Shown piece after piece: positions 36,504 through 45,853 of a stretch of 64,000 nucleotides of DNA. The DNA comes from an uncultured Candidatus Saccharibacteria bacterium (lineage in GTDB: Bacteria; Patescibacteriota; Doudnabacteria; UBA920), in NCBI GenBank assembly GCA_964650255.1, contig CAZYQT010000003.1, forward strand, positions 14,619-78,618, read 5' to 3'. The notes below the pieces were generated by a model that was not told the origin of the DNA, searched no databases, and was given only the letters and a program-made list of their open reading frames with translations. Both the position numbers and the translations under genes were made by a program. Positions within the stretch are counted from its first letter, which is position 1. Each line of letters opens with the position of its first letter.

Positions 36504-37673
36504 ATGTCACAACCTTATTTCGAAATACTAAAAAAAGATGAAAACTCTAAAGCGCGTGCGGGAGTAATTCACACTGCGCATGGCGATGTTCATACACCGC
36601 AGTTTTTACCTATTGGTACAAAAGGCACGATCAAAACTGTTACTAGCGAAGAAATAAAATTTTGGGGAGCAAGTATGGTGCTGGCTAACACCTATCATTT
36701 GTGGCAGCGACCTGGCGATGCGTTGATCTACAAGGCCGGCGGCTTGCACAAATTCATGAACTGGAAGGGTCCGATCTTTACAGACTCTGGTGGTTTCCAA
36801 GTTTTTTCTTTGGCAAAGATGCGTAAGGTTTTGGAAGCTGGCGTGTTGTTTCAGTTTGATATGGATGGCAAGCAAGAAATCCTATCACCAGAAAAATCCA
36901 TAGACATTCAAGCGAACCTAGGTAGTGATATTTGTTTAATTTTAGATGACTTCCCAGGATTTCCATTTGAATACGAACGCAGCAAGCAATCTATTGAATT
37001 AACTAAGCGCTGGGCAGAGCGTGCTGTAGCTGAGCACAAAAAGATTTTAGAGCATGGAGATCCGGTTAACCCTGGGCAAAAGTTGTGGGGAATCGTTCAA
37101 GGTGCAAGCTTCGAAGATTTACGTAAGCAATCAGCAGAGAACATGACTGAACTTGGCTTTGAAGGTTTTGCTATTGGCGGTGTTGCAGTTGGTGAGCCGC
37201 ACGAAGAAATGATGAAAGCTGTGAACTTTGCTATTCCGCATTTGCCTGAAACTGCACCGAAACATTTGCTTGGTGTTGGCACTCCTTTTGATATTATTCA
37301 AGCCGTAGCGCGTGGCTGCGATACTTTTGATTGCGTTATTCCAACCCGGGAAGCTCGTCATGGTCGTCTCTATATAACTGCTCGCGACGAAGAGGGCAAA
37401 GAAGGTTACGAAACTATTGATATTCGTTTGTCCAAATATGCAGAAGACTTTACACCTATCGATTCAACTTGCAACTGTTATGGGTGTGTTAATCACACTC
37501 GGGCCTATATCAATCACCTTATGAAAAGCGGGGAAAATTTGGGCGAACGGCTGGCGACTATGCATAACCTTAGATTTTATTTAAATTTGATGGAAAAAGT
37601 GCGTAATGCTATTCAATATGACTATTTCGCTCAAATGTTAGCGGATTTTCGGGATTTAACTAAAAAACTTTAG
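36504..37673 (+). CDS. tgt: tRNA-guanine transglycosylase
   Basis: TDSGGFQVFSL, GIVQG, FDCVIPTR.AR, C.C..C zinc site. Confidence 0.96.
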   Translation: MSQPYFEILKKDENSKARAGVIHTAHGDVHTPQFLPIGTKGTIKTVTSEEIKFWGASMVLANTYHLWQRPGDALIYKAGGLHKFMNWKGPIFTDSGGFQVFSLAKMRKVLEAGVLFQFDMDGKQEILSPEKSIDIQANLGSDICLILDDFPGFPFEYERSKQSIELTKRWAERAVAEHKKILEHGDPVNPGQKLWGIVQGASFEDLRKQSAENMTELGFEGFAIGGVAVGEPHEEMMKAVNFAIPHLPETAPKHLLGVGTPFDIIQAVARGCDTFDCVIPTREARHGRLYITARDEEGKEGYETIDIRLSKYAEDFTPIDSTCNCYGCVNHTRAYINHLMKSGENLGERLATMHNLRFYLNLMEKVRNAIQYDYFAQMLADFRDLTKKL

Positions 37674-37747
37674 AAAAACTTTACATGGATTTTATCAGCC
37701 CTTTGCTATGCTGGGTAAAAGTACTAAAATAAAGGAAAGGATTTGCC

Positions 37748-38218
37748 ATGGAAATAAAACAAGAATTCAAAAAACTACATAGCGAGTTGGTAAAACTTAA
37801 TAAGCGACTAGGCAGCACTGTCACCAAAGAAGATGCGAAACGATTCGCCACCAAGGACGACTTGAAAAACTTTTCGACCAAGGATGACTTGAAACAATTC
37901 GCCACGAAGGATGACTTGAAAAACTTTTCGACCAAGGATGACTTGAAACAATTCGCCACCAAGGACGATTTGAAAAACTTTGCCACCAAGGACGATTTGA
38001 AAAACTTTGCGACCAAGGACGATTTGAAGGCGCAAACAGAAGAGTTGAAAGAATTCGCCGAAGAACAAACCGATAAGTTAGCGCAGGTTATTGCTGAAAC
38101 AATCGATAAGCCATTAACCAAGCATTTAAAGGACGTTTCTTTAGATGGGGATTTAAGTATGCGTGTGTTGCATTTGGAAAAGGATGTTCGCCAAATTAAG
38201 AAAACTATACATGCCTGA
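37748..38218 (+). CDS. Helical repeat protein with seven F(A/S)TKDDLK(N/Q/A) units
   Basis: 9-aa tandem repeats; AAGGA upstream. Confidence 0.75.
   Translation: MEIKQEFKKLHSELVKLNKRLGSTVTKEDAKRFATKDDLKNFSTKDDLKQFATKDDLKNFSTKDDLKQFATKDDLKNFATKDDLKNFATKDDLKAQTEELKEFAEEQTDKLAQVIAETIDKPLTKHLKDVSLDGDLSMRVLHLEKDVRQIKKTIHA
37844..38032 (+). repeat. Coding tandem repeat, 7 x 27 bp
   Basis: TTYKCSACSAAGGAYGAYTTGAA.... units with no spacers. Confidence 0.9.
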
Positions 38219-39497
38219 AATAAAAAATCAAATTAAGAGACCGTCCACAGTAGCTCCAGCGCCACAACCACCGCAAAAACTCTTTGAGCTACCAGAGCGG
38301 CGGCGAAGTTATAGCAAATTTATCTTTGCTATCCTAGTCCTTGTCTTTTTAGGAGCAGTGAGTTATTTTGCATATTCTCAATACACTAAACCATCTTCAG
38401 CACCAGTGGTGCAAGCACCTCCTGAACCTGAAGAAAAGACTATTCCAGAAGGCACAGCATTTTATTTGGGCCATGATGAAAAAAACACAGAAACAATTGT
38501 TTACAAATATTCTCCCAATTCCTCTGAGCCAGATGAAAAAATCGGTACCATCCCAGAAAAAAATATTATTGTCTTAGGTGACTATATCAACCCATATACG
38601 TATGTGACAAGCAATACCGATGGGAACAAATTACAGACCTTAGATGCAACCACTGCAAAGCTGCAACCTTTGTTTGATTTGCCAGCGCAGGCAATTACTC
38701 GTGCAGTATCAGTTTCAGCAGACAAAAAATATTTAGCTTACAGTCGTATATATGGATCGGAGACAGAAACTGGTCATGGCGAGCTTTGGCTTTATAATCT
38801 AGAGACCAAAGAGCAAAAGAAATTGGGTGAAGATTTTGCCTTAGCTTTGTACCAGACCATGAATGTTTCGGCTTGGCGCGATAATGACAAGCAACTAATT
38901 TTGAAAGTATGGGTTGCTGATGGCGCAGGTTATGCTGGTAATATTTATACTGCGGATGTTCAAACTGGGAAGTTAGAAAAAGTTAATGAACCAGATGTGC
39001 TTGGTCAATTGAGTCCGAATCACGATCTAATTCTTTACGATGGGTGTGTAACTCCAGATGCAGCCGCTCAATCAGCTGAAAATGGCTATGAACGTGCCTG
39101 TGCATCTGGTGCTGAGTTGTTCACTTATGATTTCACTACTAAGCAGGTAAAATCGGTTTATCATAATTTACGTTACGATACTAATGCTAACAAAAGCACT
39201 TTGCGTACGTTCATGAGTTACCTTTGGCAAGATGATAAAACTATTATTGCTGCAGTACCAGGCGCATTATTGAGTATTCCATTGGGCAGTCCAGAAAAAA
39301 CTACTGAAATTTTTAGTTATGATCGAGTTGACCCCGCAAAGTTTAAAGATAATTTCGTATATTTAGAAAAAGCCAACTCGGGTACAATTATTTTTAGCAG
39401 AGAGGATAATTGGTATATTCTCGATCGCATCTCGCAAAAGTTGGTAAACCTTTCTGTGGACGCTCGTAAAGAAACAATTTCGACCTGGTTGAATTAG
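38211..39497 (+). CDS. Membrane-anchored beta-propeller (TolB-like) protein; start moved to MPEIKN
   Basis: TM; VSADKKYLAYS, LWLYNLET, LSPNHDLILY. Confidence 0.65.
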   Translation: MPEIKNQIKRPSTVAPAPQPPQKLFELPERRRSYSKFIFAILVLVFLGAVSYFAYSQYTKPSSAPVVQAPPEPEEKTIPEGTAFYLGHDEKNTETIVYKYSPNSSEPDEKIGTIPEKNIIVLGDYINPYTYVTSNTDGNKLQTLDATTAKLQPLFDLPAQAITRAVSVSADKKYLAYSRIYGSETETGHGELWLYNLETKEQKKLGEDFALALYQTMNVSAWRDNDKQLILKVWVADGAGYAGNIYTADVQTGKLEKVNEPDVLGQLSPNHDLILYDGCVTPDAAAQSAENGYERACASGAELFTYDFTTKQVKSVYHNLRYDTNANKSTLRTFMSYLWQDDKTIIAAVPGALLSIPLGSPEKTTEIFSYDRVDPAKFKDNFVYLEKANSGTIIFSREDNWYILDRISQKLVNLSVDARKETISTWLN

Positions 39498-39520
39498 CCT
39501 GAAATTGCTATAATTTCGGT

Positions 39521-40861
39521 ATGTCTAAAACTGAAAACTCCTCTGAATTGATGGAAAAAATTGTTAGTTTGGCCAAACGGCGTGGGTTTGTATACCCGGG
39601 CTCGGAAATTTATGGTGGGCTGGCAAACTCCTGGGATTACGGTCCTTTGGGGGTGGAATTAAAAAATAATATTAAGCAGCTTTGGTGGAAGCGTTTTGTG
39701 CAGTCCCGGCCAGATATGGTTGGTATTGATGCTGCCCTAGTAATGAATCCAAAAGTTTGGGAAGCATCTGGGCATGTGGCGACTTTTTCCGACCCTCTTG
39801 TAGAGTGTAAAAATTGCCACTCTCGTTTTCGAGCCGATCAAATTGATTTATCAGCAAAGTGTTCAAGCTGTGGAAAGGCTGATGGTTTTTCTGCTCCAAA
39901 GCAATTTAACTTGATGTTAAAGACTTTTCTTGGCCCAGCAGAAGAACAGGCTAATATAGCGTACTTCCGACCGGAAACAGCACAAGCAATGTTTGTACAA
40001 TTTAAGAATGTGCAACAAACTTCCCGAAAGACTGTTCCTTTCGGTATTGCGCAAATCGGTAAAGCATTTCGCAACGAGATCACCCCGGGAAACTTTGTGT
40101 TCCGCACCCGTGAGTTTGAACAAATGGAAATTGAGTATTTTATTCCAGCTCCAAAAAATGATGATGAGTGGAATAAGTATTTCGAAGAATGGCGACAGCA
40201 AATGGGCTCGTGGATTAGCGATGACCTTCAATTAAATAAAGACCATGTTCATGAAGTAGAAATTTCCGATGAGGACCGTGCGCACTACTCTAAGCGTACG
40301 ATAGATTTTGAATTTGAATATCCGTTTGGTCAAAAAGAACTGTATGGGCTAGCCTACCGCGGTGATTTTGATTTACAAAATCATATTAAAGCATCGGGGG
40401 AAGACCTTAGCTACCTTGATCCGCAAACTAATGAAAAATATGTCCCGCATGTGATTGAGCCGTCCATGGGTGTTGATCGATCATTCCTAGCAGTTTTGCT
40501 CGATCACTATAAAGAAGAAGGCGAAGGCGACAGCAAGCGCATCTGGTTGTCTTTACCGCCAAAGCTTGCACCTTACAAAGCCGCCGTATTCCCATTGCTA
40601 AAGAACAAGCCAGAGTTAGTGGAAAAAGCAAAAGAAATTTACGAAGAACTTTCTAAGCACTTCATGGTGGCTTGGGACGATCGTGGTAATGTAGGGAAGC
40701 GTTACTACAGTCAAGATGAAATTGGAACGCCATTTGGTATTACCGTGGACTTTGATTCCTTAGAAGATGGTGCGGTTACTGTTCGTGATCGCGATACCGC
40801 TCAGCAGCAAAGAGTAAAAATTGCTGATCTGACCACATGGCTACAAGAGAAATTAGTTTAA
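39521..40861 (+). CDS. glyQS: Glycine--tRNA ligase, homodimeric type
   Basis: KRRGF, RPETAQ, FRNEITP, FRTREFEQMEIE, VIEPSMG, QDEIGTPF. Confidence 0.97.
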   Translation: MSKTENSSELMEKIVSLAKRRGFVYPGSEIYGGLANSWDYGPLGVELKNNIKQLWWKRFVQSRPDMVGIDAALVMNPKVWEASGHVATFSDPLVECKNCHSRFRADQIDLSAKCSSCGKADGFSAPKQFNLMLKTFLGPAEEQANIAYFRPETAQAMFVQFKNVQQTSRKTVPFGIAQIGKAFRNEITPGNFVFRTREFEQMEIEYFIPAPKNDDEWNKYFEEWRQQMGSWISDDLQLNKDHVHEVEISDEDRAHYSKRTIDFEFEYPFGQKELYGLAYRGDFDLQNHIKASGEDLSYLDPQTNEKYVPHVIEPSMGVDRSFLAVLLDHYKEEGEGDSKRIWLSLPPKLAPYKAAVFPLLKNKPELVEKAKEIYEELSKHFMVAWDDRGNVGKRYYSQDEIGTPFGITVDFDSLEDGAVTVRDRDTAQQQRVKIADLTTWLQEKLV

Positions 40862-41889
40862 TGGGTGCATCAAAAATTAAAAAATTACAGAAAACCCTCA
40901 AGACCCCTTTGTTGATAAAAGACCCAGGGGACTTGTTTTATTTAACCGGAAATACCTTTAGCGACGGCGGTTTGCTGCTGGTTACTAAAAAGCAGGCAGT
41001 TCTTTTTGGCGGGTTTTTGGAAAAGGTTGATATTAAGACCGATTCAATTCGCAATATCAGCAAGTGCTTGGGCGCTAGTAAAACTCTACAAATTGATGAT
41101 CAGACCAATTTACGAGAGTTTAATTTTATAAAAAAGTTGCTACCAAAGCGGAAATTAATGCCTGTAGTAAGCCCGGTGAAACAGCTTCGCTTAATAAAGA
41201 CTTCAGATGAGTTAGCTAAAATGCAGTTAGCGTATCAAATTACTGTAAAAGTATTTGTTTCGGTGAAAAAGGCTTTAAGGCGGAGCAAGCCTTGGACGGA
41301 AAAAGAACTAGCTGAATTTATTCGTTTGGAAGGGTTAAGGATGGGTGCGGATGATATTAGTTTCCCTGTGATTGTGGCTAGCGGTGCAAATGCTGCAGTG
41401 CCGCATCATGTACCAACAAATAAAACAATCAAAATAGGGGAAAGCGTGGTTTTGGATTTCGGCTTTAAAATTAAGGGTTATTGTAGCGATTTCACTCGCA
41501 CAGTTTTTCTTAAAAAGATTTCGCCAGAAATGGCGCAAATTTATTTAGCTGCAGAGGAAGCTTACCGAGAAGGTTTTAAAACAGCACGCCATAACGTTGT
41601 TGCGAAAACTGCAGACTTAGCAGCGCGTAACACACTCGCTCAATACAATCTTGATAAATACTTTATTCATAGTTTAGGTCATGGCACAGGAATTGATGTG
41701 CACGAAGCTCCGCACATCCATGCTAATTCAGAAGAGGTTCTTAGCAATGGCATGGTGTTTAGTATTGAGCCTGGAGTTTATGTTCCGCGTTTCGGTGGAG
41801 TTCGAATTGAAGATTTGGTATATTTAAAGAATGGCAAAGCAAATTATTTTGCTAAAGCGTCAACAAAATTAAAAGACATGATTATATAA
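40861..41889 (+). CDS. Xaa-Pro peptidase (M24B)
   Basis: AVPHH, DFG...GYCSDFTRT, HSLGHG.G..VHEAP, IEPG.Y, GVRIED. Confidence 0.92.
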   Translation: MGASKIKKLQKTLKTPLLIKDPGDLFYLTGNTFSDGGLLLVTKKQAVLFGGFLEKVDIKTDSIRNISKCLGASKTLQIDDQTNLREFNFIKKLLPKRKLMPVVSPVKQLRLIKTSDELAKMQLAYQITVKVFVSVKKALRRSKPWTEKELAEFIRLEGLRMGADDISFPVIVASGANAAVPHHVPTNKTIKIGESVVLDFGFKIKGYCSDFTRTVFLKKISPEMAQIYLAAEEAYREGFKTARHNVVAKTADLAARNTLAQYNLDKYFIHSLGHGTGIDVHEAPHIHANSEEVLSNGMVFSIEPGVYVPRFGGVRIEDLVYLKNGKANYFAKASTKLKDMII

Positions 41890-43161
41890 ATGAAGTACCA
41901 CAAACGAGTTTTAAAAAACGGGTTAACAATTATTGAAGTACCAAGCAACGATGCCGAAAGTGTTGTTGTAGACTTTTTTGTAAAAACTGGTTCGCGCTCA
42001 GAGACTGCAAAAGAAAATGGCATCTCGCATTTCTTGGAACATTTTTTGTTTAAAGGTTCTAAGAAGTATCCCAGTGCTATGGCGATTACAGAATTAATTG
42101 ATGGCATGGGCGGGGAGATGAACGCATCAACTGGTAAAGAAGCCACGCAGTTCTACATCAAAACTCGATTTGTGCACTTACCAATTATTTTTGAGGTGCT
42201 CACAGATATGCTTCAAAACCCTTTACTCGACAAAGAAGAACTTGAGCGCGAAAAAGGGGTTATTGTAGAAGAGATTAATATGTACCGCGACACCCCAAGA
42301 GTTAACGTCGGCAATATTTTAGAAGAAGTCATGTGGCCTAACGATCCTTTGGGAAGAGATACCGCTGGTTCACCGGAGGTGGTTAGAAAGTTTACCCGTC
42401 AAATGTTTGCCAGTTATATGGATCGGAATTACCAACCTGGAAATATGTTGGTGGGAATTTCTGGAAAGTACGATCGACAGGCTTTAAATAGGTTAATTGC
42501 TAAATATTGGAGTAAATTACCTGCTAAAAAATGGGATAAATGGACGGTCGCTAAGGATAAGCAGACCAAACCACGCCTTAAGGTGCAGTTCAAAAAGACA
42601 GAGCAAGCTCATTTTGACATGGGCTTTAAAGCCTACAGCGTGGATGATAAACGCAACCCTGCGGCACTAGTTTTGGCAGCAATTTTGGGGGGTGGTATGA
42701 GTAGTCGTTTGTTTATGGAAATCCGGGAGCGCAGGGGTCTTGCCTACACTATACGAGCTGGCGCTTCGCAGTATCAAGATACTGGCGCTTTCTACATTAG
42801 TGGCGGAGTGCGAGTGAGTAGTTTAGAAGATGCGCTAAAAGCATCCTTGGAAATTTTAAAGGACATTAAATCAATTCCTGTAACTGAGCGTGAACTCGGT
42901 AAAGCTAAAGCTTATTTGAAAGGGCGCACTACTTTGTACTTAGAAGATAATCAAGCAAGACTTGATTGGTATTTAGAGCAGTCAGCGTTTCAAAAAATAG
43001 TAAAGTCTCCACAACAAGCTTTTAAGGAAATAGACGCAGTTACGTCAAAGCAAGTGCGCGATGTAGCTCGTGATTTATTCCAACCTAGAAAAACTTCTCT
43101 GGCTATTATCGGTCCATATAAAAGTGGGGCTAAGTTTGAAAAAATTATTAGTAAGTTTTAA
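41890..43161 (+). CDS. M16 (pitrilysin) family peptidase
   Basis: HFLEH; GGGMSSRLF.EIRERRGLAY. Confidence 0.93.
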   Translation: MKYHKRVLKNGLTIIEVPSNDAESVVVDFFVKTGSRSETAKENGISHFLEHFLFKGSKKYPSAMAITELIDGMGGEMNASTGKEATQFYIKTRFVHLPIIFEVLTDMLQNPLLDKEELEREKGVIVEEINMYRDTPRVNVGNILEEVMWPNDPLGRDTAGSPEVVRKFTRQMFASYMDRNYQPGNMLVGISGKYDRQALNRLIAKYWSKLPAKKWDKWTVAKDKQTKPRLKVQFKKTEQAHFDMGFKAYSVDDKRNPAALVLAAILGGGMSSRLFMEIRERRGLAYTIRAGASQYQDTGAFYISGGVRVSSLEDALKASLEILKDIKSIPVTERELGKAKAYLKGRTTLYLEDNQARLDWYLEQSAFQKIVKSPQQAFKEIDAVTSKQVRDVARDLFQPRKTSLAIIGPYKSGAKFEKIISKF

Positions 43162-43165
43162 CTTT

Positions 43166-44146
43166 ATGCCAGCAAAAAAATCAGCACCAAAAGTTGCAGC
43201 AAAAAAGGTTGTCAAAAAGAAAGGTAAACTTTCTGCAGCAAAAATTTCAAATGACCAAAAAATTCCTAAAGTGGCATTGCCCAAAACTGGACAGCCACTA
43301 ATTGGCTGCCATGTTTCAATTGCTGGTGGTTTACAAAATGCGCCTGCGCGTGCTGCGCTTTTCGGCTGCGAAACTTTGCAAATTTTTTCTCGCAGTCCCC
43401 AAGGCGGAGCAGCAGCCCCTATTACGAAAGAAGTAGAGCAAGAGTTTAAGCAGAACTTGGCAGGCAGCGGAATAGAAACTTTCGTGATTCACGCTCCTTA
43501 TATTTTAAATTTAGGCTCGGCCAAAAAATCCACATACCACGGTAGCATCAATTTAATTCGAACAGATTTAGAGCGTGGCAGCAAGCTAGGAGCCAAGTAT
43601 GTCATGTTCCATCCCGGGAGTTTCAAGGATCTTGGTGAAAAAGAAGGCATGAAGCAAGCTCGGGAAGGGATGAAAAAGATTTTGGATAAATACACTGGCA
43701 CCACACAACTTCTTATTGAAATTTCCGCTGGATCTGGGGAAGTCATTGGTGACACCTTTGAGGAAATCGCTGAGTTGATGGATCCGGTAAAGAAGCATAA
43801 AGGCTTTGGTGGGGTTTGCTTTGATACCCAGCATGCTTTTGGTAGCGGCTATGACCTGCGTACCCCCGAAACAGTTAAAAAAACCTTCACCAGCTTCGAT
43901 AAAGCGATTGGTTTGGAGTATTTGCGCATGAGTCATGCCAATGATTCCAAGGTAGAATTTGGCTCGCATCGCGACCGACATGAGCATATTGGTGAGGGGC
44001 ATATCGGGGAAAACGGATTTTTAGCTATATTCGAATATCTGAAACAAAAAAAGTTAGCCATTCCCTTGATCTTAGAAACTGAGCATGATAAGGTTGAAAC
44101 AGACATTAAAAAACTCAAGGCTTTAAGAGTTAAGGCCTGGAAATAA
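43166..44146 (+). CDS. nfo: Endonuclease IV
   Basis: IGCHVSIAGG, HAPYILNL, FHPG, CFDTQH, HANDS, DRHEHIGEG, ILET. Confidence 0.93.
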   Translation: MPAKKSAPKVAAKKVVKKKGKLSAAKISNDQKIPKVALPKTGQPLIGCHVSIAGGLQNAPARAALFGCETLQIFSRSPQGGAAAPITKEVEQEFKQNLAGSGIETFVIHAPYILNLGSAKKSTYHGSINLIRTDLERGSKLGAKYVMFHPGSFKDLGEKEGMKQAREGMKKILDKYTGTTQLLIEISAGSGEVIGDTFEEIAELMDPVKKHKGFGGVCFDTQHAFGSGYDLRTPETVKKTFTSFDKAIGLEYLRMSHANDSKVEFGSHRDRHEHIGEGHIGENGFLAIFEYLKQKKLAIPLILETEHDKVETDIKKLKALRVKAWK

Positions 44147-44157
44147 AAGGTAAAAAC

Positions 44158-44325
44158 ATGAGTGGACCAGAAACCGGTTTTAATCCAACCGAAATGAGCG
44201 CTTTGCCTCAGCAAACAAATGAATTTCAAGGAGATGTTACTCCTGTGCCAGAGTCGAGAGATGACAGGAAATCAATCGCAGCTAAGCTATATAGGATTGT
44301 AAGAGAGGTAGAACAAGGAAATTAA
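44158..44325 (+). CDS. 55-aa hypothetical protein missing from the ORF track
   Basis: MSGPETGFNPTEMSALPQQTNEFQGDVTPVPESRDDRKSIAAKLYRIVREVEQGN; fills the gap with 11-bp and 2-bp spacing. Confidence 0.55.
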   Translation: MSGPETGFNPTEMSALPQQTNEFQGDVTPVPESRDDRKSIAAKLYRIVREVEQGN

Positions 44326-44327
44326 TT

Positions 44328-44555
44328 ATGGACGAAAAAATTCAAAAGATAGTACATCTGATTCAGGAATCTGACTTAGACCAAACTATCAAAGACATCT
44401 TAATTCGGGATTTACAAACCGAAGGGTTAACTGACTTTTTACGCGAGCAGATCAAAGCTTATTGCCTTGAGGGTATTAAGCGATTGGATGTTACAATCGA
44501 AGACGCCAAAAAAGCTTTGGAAGAATCCGAATCTGGTTCAGAAAATCCAGCCTAG
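44328..44555 (+). CDS. Small helical hypothetical protein
   Basis: 75 aa; AAGGA upstream; terminator follows. Confidence 0.7.
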   Translation: MDEKIQKIVHLIQESDLDQTIKDILIRDLQTEGLTDFLREQIKAYCLEGIKRLDVTIEDAKKALEESESGSENPA

Positions 44556-44592
44556 TGGCTGGATTTTTGATTTTATGTAGTATACTTTAGAT

Positions 44593-45624
44593 ATGACATT
44601 CCATCTCGATTATTCAACAAAAGTGATTTTACGGGTAGTAGCTGTGTTACTGGCTTTGGCGTTTTTGTGGGTAGTCCGTGATATCGTAATTGTAATTTTG
44701 CTTTCACTAGTGCTTGCTTCGGCCATGGAGCCAATGGTGGATTATTTGAATCGGCGCAAAATTCCTCGTTCAGTTAGTGTGCTGGGCGCGTATGTAATAG
44801 TGATTGCAATTATTGTTTTGATTGTATCGTTAATGGCCCCTTTGGTAGCGGAACAGTTTAAAGTTTTGACTCAAAACTTACCGCAATATACTTTGGAAAT
44901 GCAAGCGCGCTATCCGACCATCGCGGCTTTCTTTGGGGATTTTGATGCTAATGCAATTTTGCATTCTTTTATTTCTAGTGGGGCCGGAGCAGACGCACTG
45001 TTTAGCAGGACAGTTGGACTGTTTAATGGGTTAGTGGCATTGGTCTCGGTTTTAGTAATTTCCTTTTATTTGGTTGCTGCTGATAGAGGTATGAAGCACT
45101 TTATTCACGATCTGGTGCCAACAGCCCAACAGGATGTAGTGATGAAACTGATAGCTAAAATTCAACATAAGATGGGTCTGTGGGTGGCAGGACAATTAAT
45201 TTTAAGTGTATTTATTTTTTCTTTAACTTTTATTGGGTTATCGATCTTGGGGGTTAAGTATGCTCTGTTCTTGGCCATTATTGCCGGCCTTCTCGAAGTG
45301 GTTCCATATGTAGGACCATTTCTATCTGCTATCCCAGCCGTTTTCTTTGCCATGGTCCAAAGCCCGGCTTTGGTAGTTGGAGTAATAATTTTATATGTTG
45401 TGATTCAGAAAACCGAAGGGTACGTGTTGGTACCAAAAGTAATGGAAAAGACTGTTGGTACATCACCGCTGGTGGTGCTCCTGGCTTTATTGGTTGGGTT
45501 TAAGTTAGCCGGGGTATTAGGCCTGCTTTTGGCCGTACCATTGGCCGGTGCTATTACAGTGGTTATTGCTGAATTGTTCCAGGAAAAACCCGCCCATGTT
45601 CCAGTAACACAGCCCGACGTTTGA
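44593..45624 (+). CDS. AI-2E family transporter
   Basis: LEVVPYVGPF, IQKTEG..LVPKVM, GVLGLLLAVPLA. Confidence 0.92.
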   Translation: MTFHLDYSTKVILRVVAVLLALAFLWVVRDIVIVILLSLVLASAMEPMVDYLNRRKIPRSVSVLGAYVIVIAIIVLIVSLMAPLVAEQFKVLTQNLPQYTLEMQARYPTIAAFFGDFDANAILHSFISSGAGADALFSRTVGLFNGLVALVSVLVISFYLVAADRGMKHFIHDLVPTAQQDVVMKLIAKIQHKMGLWVAGQLILSVFIFSLTFIGLSILGVKYALFLAIIAGLLEVVPYVGPFLSAIPAVFFAMVQSPALVVGVIILYVVIQKTEGYVLVPKVMEKTVGTSPLVVLLALLVGFKLAGVLGLLLAVPLAGAITVVIAELFQEKPAHVPVTQPDV

Positions 45625-45649
45625 CATAACATTAGAAATAAGCCATAAT
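45621..45649 (+). promoter_or_regulatory. sigma70 promoter
   Basis: TTGACA-17 bp-CATAAT. Confidence 0.75.
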
Positions 45650-45655
45650 TAACCC

Positions 45656-45766
45656 ATGAAATTTAATAACTGCCAAAATCAGATTCACGGCTCAACCCTT
45701 TCTTACCCAATGGGTGTTTTTTCGTTATCTGGCCAAGGCAGTGTTCATCAGAGAGTTTTAGCTTAA
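45656..45766 (+). CDS. Candidate 36-aa leader peptide
   Basis: ATG 6 nt after the -10; MKFNNCQNQIHGSTLSYPMGVFSLSGQGSVHQRVLA. Confidence 0.5.
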   Translation: MKFNNCQNQIHGSTLSYPMGVFSLSGQGSVHQRVLA

Positions 45767-45785
45767 TTTTCTTTCAATCAACACG

Positions 45786-45812
45786 ACCTCGGTTAGATAA
45801 CCGAGGTTTTTT
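45786..45812 (+). terminator. Terminator/attenuator upstream of the GNAT gene
   Basis: ACCTCGGTTA-GA-TAACCGAGGT-TTTTT. Confidence 0.8.
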
Positions 45813-45853
45813 GTTATCTAAATTTGAAAACACTAAAAATAAATGGAGGAAAT

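Noticed and set aside
37844-38032. CRISPR-like 27-bp repeats
   Set aside because: Head-to-tail with no spacers, in frame, with mostly synonymous variation: a coding repeat.
37681-38121. Antisense repeat ORFs (37681..38121, 37808..38068)
   Set aside because: Shadows of the + strand tandem repeat gene.
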